Of a stretch of 35,336 nt of DNA, positions 17,001-23,047 are shown one piece after another (the first letter of the stretch is position 1; each line of letters opens with the position of its first letter). The DNA is taken from the NCBI GenBank assembly GCA_946543025.1, contig CAMNLN010000001.1, forward strand, positions 1-35,336, written 5' to 3'. The notes under the pieces were generated by a model. It was not told where the DNA came from. It saw only the letters and a program-made list of their open reading frames with translations, and did no database searches. The DNA is from an uncultured Verrucomicrobiota bacterium (lineage in GTDB: Bacteria; Verrucomicrobiota; Kiritimatiellia; RFP12; UBA1067). Made by a program: the position numbers and the translations under genes.

Positions 17001-17999
17001 CGGATCGTGCGGCAGCGCCGCGCCCGCGTTGCGGATGCCGTCGAAGTGCGCCACAAGGCCGTTCGTCACGTACGCTCCAACGTCGAGGCACGTCGCGCCG
17101 GCCGGCAGGGAGTCGTCGTAGATCTCGGCCCACGCGAGAATCTCCGTGGCGAGGGCCGCCTTCATCGCGCCGCCCCGATCGGTGGTGATCGCGTTCACGC
17201 CCATCTGCGCGTACCTGAGCGCGTCCGCGTCGCTGTTCGGCGTCCAGACGGCGAACGCGTAGCCCGCCGCCTTCACGGCGGCGACGTCCTCTGCCGTGTA
17301 GGTCGCCGAGTGGAGGATATCCACGCCCGTCGCGTCGCACGCCTCGATGCTCGAAACAAGGCTCGCGCCCGTGTACGTGCCGCCGCTCAGGAGCAGCCAC
17401 GCCTCGTAATCGGGCAACGCCTGGCGGACGTCGCGGACGAGGTTCGCGTCGAACGCGATAAACACGACGCGCTCCTTCGTGGCGAGCGGCTGCGCCTGGA
17501 CGGCCGCCACGACGGCGTTCACGAGCCCGTTCGCGCCGTTTCCCTTCAGCTCCACCACACACTTCGTCGTCTCGTTCGACGCGAGGAGCGCAAGATAGTC
17601 CTCGAACTTCGGCAGCGTCTCGCCTGCCCACTCGGTCCCGATCCAGTTGCCAAACGCGCCCACGCGCACGTCCTTGAGCTCGTCCCACGAGGAAGCCGTC
17701 ACGGCGAGGTTCGTACCGGAGCCGGCGGTGCGCCCGGTCGTCGAATCGTGGATGATCACGGGCACGCCGTCGGTCGTGGCGTATACGTCGCACTCCACGC
17801 CGTCTACCCCTCGCTCGAACGCGAGACGAAACGCCGCCATCGTGTTCTCCGGACGATCTTGAGATTCGCCCCTGTGCGAGACGATCTGCGGCATTTCCAC
17901 GGCACCGGCCGCCAACGCAAGGCATGTCGCCATTCCGGCCGCCAGACGCGCGCAAGCATTGCGCCCGCCGCGTGTTTTGTCGGTTTCAAGCGTTCCCAT
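14058..17999 (-). CDS. Giant secreted GDPD phosphodiesterase fused to three LamG (ConA-like) + small beta-sandwich modules
   Basis: ATG 17997-17999 with GGAGA SD. Signal/anchor RNACARLAAGMATCLALAAGAVE. GDPD domain (nt 17169-17894): IVSHRGESQDRPENT...ECDVYATTDGVPVIIHD. Three modules (approx nt 16104-17075, 15084-16070, 14088-15044) each open with YVxxGLVxxFDGIRN...W(K/H)(N/D)L and close with the LamG_3-like tail [RL][MVI]Y(A/D/N)R(V/A)L(S/T)xxE(L/I). A GY(K/R)LETW...W...(R/L)(L/I)TWxW domain follows; in module 3 its opening is degenerate (YTIEALIGGGW) though the closing IRLTWQW is kept. Confidence 0.9.
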   Translation of the reverse strand: MGTLETDKTRGGRNACARLAAGMATCLALAAGAVEMPQIVSHRGESQDRPENTMAAFRLAFERGVDGVECDVYATTDGVPVIIHDSTTGRTAGSGTNLAVTASSWDELKDVRVGAFGNWIGTEWAGETLPKFEDYLALLASNETTKCVVELKGNGANGLVNAVVAAVQAQPLATKERVVFIAFDANLVRDVRQALPDYEAWLLLSGGTYTGASLVSSIEACDATGVDILHSATYTAEDVAAVKAAGYAFAVWTPNSDADALRYAQMGVNAITTDRGGAMKAALATEILAWAEIYDDSLPAGATCLDVGAYVTNGLVAHFDGIRNAGAALPHDPTATTWKNLVVDGPDATIHSSGGSWKDGKGFYFTGAAKGEYAYLDAAVTLGPFSTVQLAMDVKTSEQSTGNSPSWFPTMFVSPDDKYSVFLPNNNNSDTKSTTLQFKNDDFVGTKSRPQQGSWAGMYATSVLGDGYSWLFQGTTYANAKTRTANTAVPGKRFTWGGSVQGSNNNGVKGTFYSVRMYARVLSEDELAWNRMVDDVRYHGSDGNANVVVGSNVAGAEGVEANGKYVVNGHHVFSASASTAADGNEWEPTGYKLETWTDEKGKWDLVGEYEGTSFAYTNCTARSRVRLTWNWRLKNGVKKYDADDYVQAGLVLNFDGIRNAGLGLPHDGAATTWKNLCPGPDATRETVVADRLGAWASDGYDFAAGDCFVTGAAVALTNQVTVQIVADYDATHQTNNWPSPFGASCNGDVFGFYTYTPYSGSGNDRRGDRLIFRSNPINDATRVLQPWNGRIANVLIDYNRVSFTADASQSWWNGTFQAPPVSYRYCIGTAWSTAAERTKRMFKGRIHAVRVYDRVLTVAELRRNKEIDYARFYGTAGLSTETDLVEVRSEVPGIALEDEGGWLVRGTGTKTFTAPATATVGTCAYACAGYRLETWNAAKRMWENPVLMAEQRSAAITGTTGQPNRRITWLWTLTAGLRAATDYDVSDYVQQGLVAHYDGTRNCGARNAHSKKSIFWHDLSYRANDMIAASNTSFAAWIEKGHHFTAAEESFFQMQENISLGMECSIQAALDVPFAAQTTDFPLYFGFGSGDYCIFTRNTGKTLEIKCDNWLGTPRLKLSNWDGRYLTNIVTPTNHCLFQGVERADGISYARVNFLDFPSKKMAIGAPNTYTGVDRTKRCMTGDYYSLRIYNRALTDAEIAQNRKVDDIRYRDAFTNYVDVVVVNEPPAEGVAATSSVADGEYELTGAWTFSAAPVTVDGNNFLPKYTIEALIGGGWVKTATEWGESCTVTKGAAPIRLTWQWKRRMGLVISFH

Positions 18000-18024
18000 C
18001 TTTATCTCCTCTGTTGCGACTTCA

Positions 18025-18053
18025 AATTTATCAAATCGCGTCGGTGGCGACAA
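18025..18053 (-). promoter_or_regulatory. Sigma70-type promoter for the GDPD-LamG gene
   Basis: Minus strand reads TTGTCG (18048-18053), a 17-nt spacer ending TGa, then TAAATT (18025-18030). This gives a leader of about 19 nt containing the SD. It argues against the track start at 18053. Confidence 0.5.
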
Positions 18054-18080
18054 TCAGAATGTGACGACGCGCGAAATGGA

Positions 18081-18109
18081 TTGTCCGAACGGGGCGGATG
18101 TGATAGACT
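18081..18109 (+). promoter_or_regulatory. Sigma70-type promoter for thiS-thiF
   Basis: TTGTCC (18081-18086), a 17-nt spacer ending TGa, then TAGACT (18104-18109). AGGAG at 18119-18123, ATG at 18132. Confidence 0.5.
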
Positions 18110-18131
18110 CCCCCGCGCAGGAGTCAAGCAG

Positions 18132-18329
18132 ATGAAGATCACGTATCAAGGAGCCGCCGAGGAGACGACCGCACCCACCGTTGGAGCGTTTCTGGATGGC
18201 AAGGGCATCGCTGCCGGCACGGCCGTAGTCGAATATCAGGGCACCATCCATGCGCCGGGCGACAGCCTCGACCTGCCGCTCGTCGAAGGCGCGGAACTGA
18301 ACGCGTTCCGTATCGTGGCCGGAGGCTGA
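18132..18329 (+). CDS. thiS: Sulfur-carrier protein ThiS (ubiquitin-like beta-grasp, C-terminal GG)
   Basis: 65 aa, MKITYQGAAEE...LPLVEGAELNAFRIVAGG-stop. This is the only real part of the 16947..18329 track ORF. Confidence 0.85.
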   Translation: MKITYQGAAEETTAPTVGAFLDGKGIAAGTAVVEYQGTIHAPGDSLDLPLVEGAELNAFRIVAGG

Positions 18330-18332
18330 ATC

Positions 18333-18929
18333 GTGCCGGTCAACACGTATCTGACGGCGGACGAGCAGGCGCGGCTGGAGCGCGTGACGGTGGGCATCGC
18401 CGGCGCGGGCGGCCTCGGCTCGAACGTGGCCGCCCACCTCGTGCGCGCCGGCATCCGGCATCTCGTCCTCGCCGACTTCGACGTCGTCGCTCCCTCCAAT
18501 CTCAACCGGCAGTTCTTCTTCCGCGACCAGATCGGCCGACGCAAGGTGGACGCGCTCGCCGAGAATCTCCGCCGCATCGAACCCGACCTTGACCTCGCGC
18601 TCCATGCCGTGCGCCTCGCCCCCGACAACCTGCAAACCATTTTCGGCGCGTGCGACGTGGTGGTGGAGGCGTTCGACAACGTGGAATCGAAGACCTCCCT
18701 TCTCGCGACGGTGCGCGACAGGCCGGTCGTCTCGGCAAGCGGCCTCGCGGGCTGGGGCCACTCCAACGAGATGAAGGTGCGGCGCGTCGGCCCTAATCTC
18801 GTGATCGTGGGCGACTGCGCGAGCGACGTCCGCGCCGGCCTCGCGCCCCAATCCGCCCGCGTGGGCATCGCGGCCGCCATGCAGGCGAACGCCGTTCTCG
18901 CCCTGTTGCTTGGCTCAACCCGCCTCTAG
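18333..18929 (+). CDS. thiF: Short-form ThiF-family adenylyltransferase (E1-like)
   Basis: GTG start 3 nt after the thiS stop, with GGAGG 7 nt upstream. VGIAGAGGLGSNVAAHLVRAGIRHLVLADFDVVAPSNLNRQ nucleotide-binding signature. 198 aa, no CxxC zinc motif. Confidence 0.85.
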   Translation: MPVNTYLTADEQARLERVTVGIAGAGGLGSNVAAHLVRAGIRHLVLADFDVVAPSNLNRQFFFRDQIGRRKVDALAENLRRIEPDLDLALHAVRLAPDNLQTIFGACDVVVEAFDNVESKTSLLATVRDRPVVSASGLAGWGHSNEMKVRRVGPNLVIVGDCASDVRAGLAPQSARVGIAAAMQANAVLALLLGSTRL

Positions 18930-19951
18930 GCCCGCACAAGCAGGTCCTGGCGGTAGAGGGCGCGGACGGCATCGCAATCTTGCGTGTGGCCGCTCCGATA
19001 GGAGACGACCGTACCCACAAAGCGGTCGGGGCCCGTGAGGGCGAGCGCCGCCAGCAGGTCGAGCGTCGCGCGGTGCCAGACCGGCTCAAGGAACTTTTTC
19101 GTGCCGTCGGCCGTTTCCAGCGGAAAGCGCGGCTCCCCGTACCAGCGGCGGGGGCCGTGGATGAGGATGTTCCGCTTGTTGTAGCCGAGGTTGCGCGTAT
19201 CGGCGAACAGCCATCCGATCGTCTTGGCGAGCCGGTACTGACGAAACGTCGCGTTCGTGCGCGCGTAGGCGCCGTAGGCGAACGTCTCGGGCGTCACGTC
19301 GAAGACGATGCGCTGGTCGCCGATCACCGTCCGCCAATTGATCGCCACGTCCAGCCGCAACCGACGAGACCCGTCGTCCGGCAGGAAGAGCAGGAAGTCG
19401 CCGCGCGTTCCGGCGAAGGCCAGCGGCTCCTTGACCGTGACGTAGGTGGCCGGCGCGCCGGTCGCCACGATTCCGGCCTTCCGCACGGCATCGACCATCG
19501 GACTGGATGAGTCGTCGAACAGCGGCGGATCGCCGCTGTTCGTCTCCAGCACCACGTCGTCGAGGCCGAGGCCGGCCTTGAGCGCGACGATGTGCTCCAC
19601 CATGCGCAGATAGTTGTGCGGCGAGCCGCTGCGCAGCACCAGGTTGCGCGCGGAGGTCCAGAGGTTCGCGATATCGACGGCGGTGTCCAGCTGCTCGGGC
19701 TGGTCGGTGCGCCGGATCCACCAGCCGGGGCGGGCGGACGGCGCGAACGTGATCGTGCGACGCTCCTTGCCCCGGAAGGTGCCCACGCCCTCGACGGACG
19801 CGCGGCCGGCGAGCGTCGTACGGCAGGCGTTCCAGCCGCTGGCGTCCGCAAGGCGGACGTCGTCGGTCGGCTGAGCGGCGAATTTCGCAAAAGCCGCATC
19901 GTACGCCGCCTGCATCCCCTTGACGAGCCGTGCGGCCGGATAGGTAAACAT
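18926..19951 (-). CDS. lpxC: LpxC-family UDP-3-O-acyl-GlcNAc deacetylase homologue (divergent)
   Basis: ATG 19949-19951. Alignable by eye to E. coli LpxC: GVGTFRGKERRTITFAP...IRRTD, MVEHIVALKAGLGLDDVVLETNSGDPPLFDDSS, ARTN, WHRATLDLL, YRSGH. Confidence 0.7.
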   Translation of the reverse strand: MFTYPAARLVKGMQAAYDAAFAKFAAQPTDDVRLADASGWNACRTTLAGRASVEGVGTFRGKERRTITFAPSARPGWWIRRTDQPEQLDTAVDIANLWTSARNLVLRSGSPHNYLRMVEHIVALKAGLGLDDVVLETNSGDPPLFDDSSSPMVDAVRKAGIVATGAPATYVTVKEPLAFAGTRGDFLLFLPDDGSRRLRLDVAINWRTVIGDQRIVFDVTPETFAYGAYARTNATFRQYRLAKTIGWLFADTRNLGYNKRNILIHGPRRWYGEPRFPLETADGTKKFLEPVWHRATLDLLAALALTGPDRFVGTVVSYRSGHTQDCDAVRALYRQDLLVRA

Positions 19952-19965
19952 CTCAGCCACGCCTG

Positions 19966-20700
19966 CTATTTCCACTTGCGGGGATCGTCCGGGTTGTCGA
20001 GGACCTTTTGTATCTTTGGCGAAATGACAGGCTCGAACCCAGCCGAGCGCAACGTGTCGGCCACTGTGGAAATCCACACGCCCATGCCGCCGTCCTTGTC
20101 GTACCGCCCCATGCGGAACAGGTGCTTCGTGCCGTCGGCCGAAAGCCCGATGACGGCCGGGTAGTTCGCGAGGTCCATGTAGGTGCGCTCGGGCTGACCT
20201 TGCGCCGCCGCCTGCTTGGCGGCCTTCTCGTCAAGACCGAAGTTCTGGATGAGCTTGACTTCCGCCTCCTTCATGCCCTTGAGGTCGATTTTCTTGGGCT
20301 TCTCGCGACCTTTCGGCTGCTCCGGCTTGATCTTGACGGTGAGGAGAACAAGGTTTTGCTTCGCAAGCTCGTCGCGGAAGAGCTTGTTTGTCAAGACCTT
20401 CTGGCGGAGGAAGTCGGACACGGGATCGCGGTCGACGAGGAAGACCAGCATGATCGGCTGGTTCGCGGCCTCGGCCACCTTCAGCGCCTCGGCTGCCTTC
20501 ATGTACATCGGCTTCTTCATCTTGCGGGCCTTCAGCTGGGCGGGGGTAGGTCCCTCGTCCGCCGCCTCGTCCGCCGGCTTTTCCTTCGCGGGCGACTCTT
20601 TTGCGGGTGCCTTCTCCGGCGCCGCCGTCAGTGCCGTCGGTAGCAAAGCCATCGCCGCGGCCAGCACGAGCCCCGCGTTTATCGTTGCTTTCATATTCAT
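19966..20700 (-). CDS. Secreted thioredoxin-fold-like protein lacking a CxxC motif (hypothetical)
   Basis: Signal MNMKATINAGLVLAAAMALLPTALTA, then a K/E/P/A-rich linker. PIMLVFLVDRDPVSDFLRQKV sits where Trx-like proteins carry CxxC, followed by ANYPAVIGLSADG. ATGA overlap with the upstream murC-like stop (20697-20700). Confidence 0.5.
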   Translation of the reverse strand: MNMKATINAGLVLAAAMALLPTALTAAPEKAPAKESPAKEKPADEAADEGPTPAQLKARKMKKPMYMKAAEALKVAEAANQPIMLVFLVDRDPVSDFLRQKVLTNKLFRDELAKQNLVLLTVKIKPEQPKGREKPKKIDLKGMKEAEVKLIQNFGLDEKAAKQAAAQGQPERTYMDLANYPAVIGLSADGTKHLFRMGRYDKDGGMGVWISTVADTLRSAGFEPVISPKIQKVLDNPDDPRKWK

Positions 20701-21995
20701 TCTTTCCCTTGGGTAAGCCGCCGCGCGAGGACGGGAAGCCCCGGATCGCGCGCGCCGGCCGTGACGATTGCGCCGACCGCCGGCGCGTGCGTGCGGAGAA
20801 CGGTCTCCGCCTCCTTCAAGTCGTTGACGAGAACCACCTTGCCCGGCGCGTCAGCGAGCCGCGCCGCAAGCGCGTCCGAATTGATCGACCGGTCCGCCGT
20901 GCCGCCCGCGTCGTAGACGGGCGGCAGGACGAGAATGTCCTGCGGACGCAACGTCGCGCGAAACATCTCCGCCAGCGCGTCCAACATCTTCCGAATCGGC
21001 GCGTAGCCGTGGGGGCGCCACACGACGGCGACGCCCTGCGGGAACGACTCCTGAAGCGTCGTCAGCATGGCGTGCAGCTTCTCGGGGTTGTGGGCGTAGT
21101 CGTCGTAGACGGCGACCTGACGGTCGCCGCACGAAACAGAACCGATGCGCTGAAGACGGCGCTCCACGCCCGGGAAGGAGGCCAGCGCAGATGCCAGGCT
21201 GTCGCGCGACGCGCCAAGGGCTTCCGCCATGAGGAGCGCCAGCAGGGCGTTCGCGCGGTTGTGCGCGCCCGGCAGCGGACAGCGGTCGGCGATATCCTTG
21301 AGTCCGGAAAACTCCTTGGCGTCTCTCAAGAGGAGACGTCCGTCGACGACTGGGCCGGGCACGCCGCGAACAAACGCATCGAACACGGCGTCCATCTCCT
21401 CCTTCGAGTAGTGGTCCGCCGAGGCGTTCGTCACGACGACGGCATAGGGATGAAATGCCGTCAGCGACTTGTCGCTCTCGTCCACCTCGGCGACAGCCCA
21501 TTCGTCGCCACCGCGCCGCACGGAGCCGACGCGCGCGCCGCCCGCGTCCCAATCGACGACCTGCGCGCCGTTGACGACGAGCGGGTCGAACCCGCATTCC
21601 GCAAGCAGATGGCCAAGCATGGCCGTGACGGTGGACTTGCCGCATGTCCCGGCCACGGCCACGAGCTTGCGTCCGGAGAGCAGCTCGGAAAGCGCCGCCG
21701 CGCGATGGACAACAGGAATCCCGCGCGCGCGCGCCGCCGTGAGGTCGGGATTCGTGTCCTCGATCGCCGTCGAAATCACCAGCCTGTCCGTCGCGTCCGT
21801 CACGCCCGATCCGTCGTCCGGCGAGAGCCGTACGCCCTGCCTTGCCAACGCATCAAGCACAGGCGTACGCGCGCCACCGTCGCGCAACGAGCGGTCCGCG
21901 CCCGAGACGACCCAGCCGGCGTCGAGATACGCCTGCGCGAGGGCGCTCATCCCGACGCCGCCGATACCGACAAGATGTACAGCGCGAGCCGACAT
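20697..21995 (-). CDS. murC: Mur ligase, MurC-like paralogue (UDP-N-acetylmuramate--L-alanine ligase family)
   Basis: ATG 21993-21995 (the track start at 22001 is TTG). AVHLVGIGGVGMSALA Rossmann N-domain, P-loop VAGTCGKSTV, EVDESD, DDYAHNPEK. Confidence 0.7.
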   Translation of the reverse strand: MSARAVHLVGIGGVGMSALAQAYLDAGWVVSGADRSLRDGGARTPVLDALARQGVRLSPDDGSGVTDATDRLVISTAIEDTNPDLTAARARGIPVVHRAAALSELLSGRKLVAVAGTCGKSTVTAMLGHLLAECGFDPLVVNGAQVVDWDAGGARVGSVRRGGDEWAVAEVDESDKSLTAFHPYAVVVTNASADHYSKEEMDAVFDAFVRGVPGPVVDGRLLLRDAKEFSGLKDIADRCPLPGAHNRANALLALLMAEALGASRDSLASALASFPGVERRLQRIGSVSCGDRQVAVYDDYAHNPEKLHAMLTTLQESFPQGVAVVWRPHGYAPIRKMLDALAEMFRATLRPQDILVLPPVYDAGGTADRSINSDALAARLADAPGKVVLVNDLKEAETVLRTHAPAVGAIVTAGARDPGLPVLARRLTQGKE

Positions 21996-22006
21996 GTCCA
22001 AAACGA

Positions 22007-23014
22007 TTATTTTCCGAGCAACTCGCCGACTTTCTTTACCGCGTCCTTGGCACCGTTGCCAATCGCCTTACCGGCCTCTATCGCTCCGTTGCCGACGGCC
22101 TTGCCGGCGTCGATCACGCCCTTGCCGGCCGCTTTCCCCGCATCAATCACGCCGCTGCCTTCCTTAGGCGCGCTGCCGTCCTTCTTCTCGCCGTCCGACT
22201 TCTTCTCGGCGGCGTCTTTCTTTTCGCCGCCCAAGAGGCCGCCGATGCCGCTAACAGCCTTGCTCGCTCCTTCGCCCAACAGTCCCGCCGCGCCGCTCAA
22301 GACATTTGTCGTCCCGCTCAACACGGTGCCGGCTCCGTCGCCCAGGACGCCGATCGCGGAAGTCAACCCCTTGCCGACGGCGTTAGACGCATTCATGACA
22401 GCTTCCATCAGCTGGTTGCCGACTTCGGACCATGTCGCACCGCCCTTCTCCTTGCCGATGTCCGTCAGCGTAATCGTCGGGATCGGCATTTCAGGCAGGA
22501 TCTTCAGCTTGACGCGCGTGCCGGCGATCGTCAGCTTGTCGATTATAACCTTCTTGCCGGGCCCCTTCTCCTCTTCGGCCTTTTCTTCCTCTTCCTCCTT
22601 GGGTCCCGCCTTGGCCGCCGCATGGGCGCCGATCCACTCGAAGTTGTTGGTTCCGTCCTTGCTCACGTAGCTGACGTAGGGGGCCTCGATCGTAATCTCG
22701 CGGATGTGGATCGTGTCGGTGAAGAGAGACGACATCTCCACGTCCACCAGCACGTTCGACACGGAGAACGCCGTTGGGACGGGATAGTCCTTGGGGTTTC
22801 CGAGGTTGAGCTTCGTGATGCGGTACTTGCCCGTATAGGGATTGATGCCTACGCCGTCGAGCGAGAACGGCGTGCCCGTGTATTCGGGCGCAACCTTGTT
22901 CGCCACCGTCGTGACGGTCGGGCCCAGCCACAGCGGAATCGTCGCAACCAGCGCAAGGCCGAGCGCCAGGATACCGACGATCGTCCACAACAGGATTTTC
23001 AACATTTTCTTCAT
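22007..23014 (-). CDS. Membrane-anchored AsmA/DUF748-like protein with Gly/Lys-rich C-terminal 11-mer repeats
   Basis: ATG 23012-23014 with GGAG 9 nt upstream (the track start at 23029 is TTG). TM anchor MLKILLWTIVGILALGLALVATIPLWL. AsmA-N-like LDGVGINPYTGKYRITKLNLGNPKDYP...IHIREITIEAPYVSYV. Acidic E-rich patch. C-terminal repeats. Confidence 0.5.
   Translation of the reverse strand: MKKMLKILLWTIVGILALGLALVATIPLWLGPTVTTVANKVAPEYTGTPFSLDGVGINPYTGKYRITKLNLGNPKDYPVPTAFSVSNVLVDVEMSSLFTDTIHIREITIEAPYVSYVSKDGTNNFEWIGAHAAAKAGPKEEEEEKAEEEKGPGKKVIIDKLTIAGTRVKLKILPEMPIPTITLTDIGKEKGGATWSEVGNQLMEAVMNASNAVGKGLTSAIGVLGDGAGTVLSGTTNVLSGAAGLLGEGASKAVSGIGGLLGGEKKDAAEKKSDGEKKDGSAPKEGSGVIDAGKAAGKGVIDAGKAVGNGAIEAGKAIGNGAKDAVKKVGELLGK
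22025..22156 (-). repeat. Four imperfect tandem 33-bp (11-aa) repeats inside the AsmA-like gene
   Basis: The peptide reads GVIDAGKAAGK / GVIDAGKAVGN / GAIEAGKAIGN / GAKDAVKKVGE. The DNA period of 33 bp is visible at 22051-22150. Confidence 0.8.
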
Positions 23015-23047
23015 TTCTTTTTTCTCCAATTGGATGAGGCAGGTATT

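Noticed and set aside
16947-18131. Upstream 395 codons of track ORF 16947..18329
   Set aside because: Only the last 66 codons (18132-18329, thiS, with its own SD and promoter) are real. The remainder is antisense to the GDPD-LamG gene.
18054-18131. TPP (THI-box) or HMP-PP (thiS-motif) riboswitch upstream of thiS
   Set aside because: No CUGAGA / ACCUGA THI-box elements are visible. With the promoter at 18081-18109 the leader is only ~16 nt, too short for an aptamer. An Rfam scan would be the formal check.
18132-18929. ThiS/ThiF as a ubiquitin-like anti-phage conjugation system (Bil- or CBASS-Cap2-like)
   Set aside because: No E2-like, JAB/deubiquitinase or effector genes are adjacent. ThiF is the short biosynthetic form and ThiS is a canonical 65-aa GG protein.
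22025-22156. 33-bp tandem repeats as a possible CRISPR or minisatellite
   Set aside because: They are contiguous without spacers, in frame within a coding gene, and translate into a coherent 11-aa repeat.
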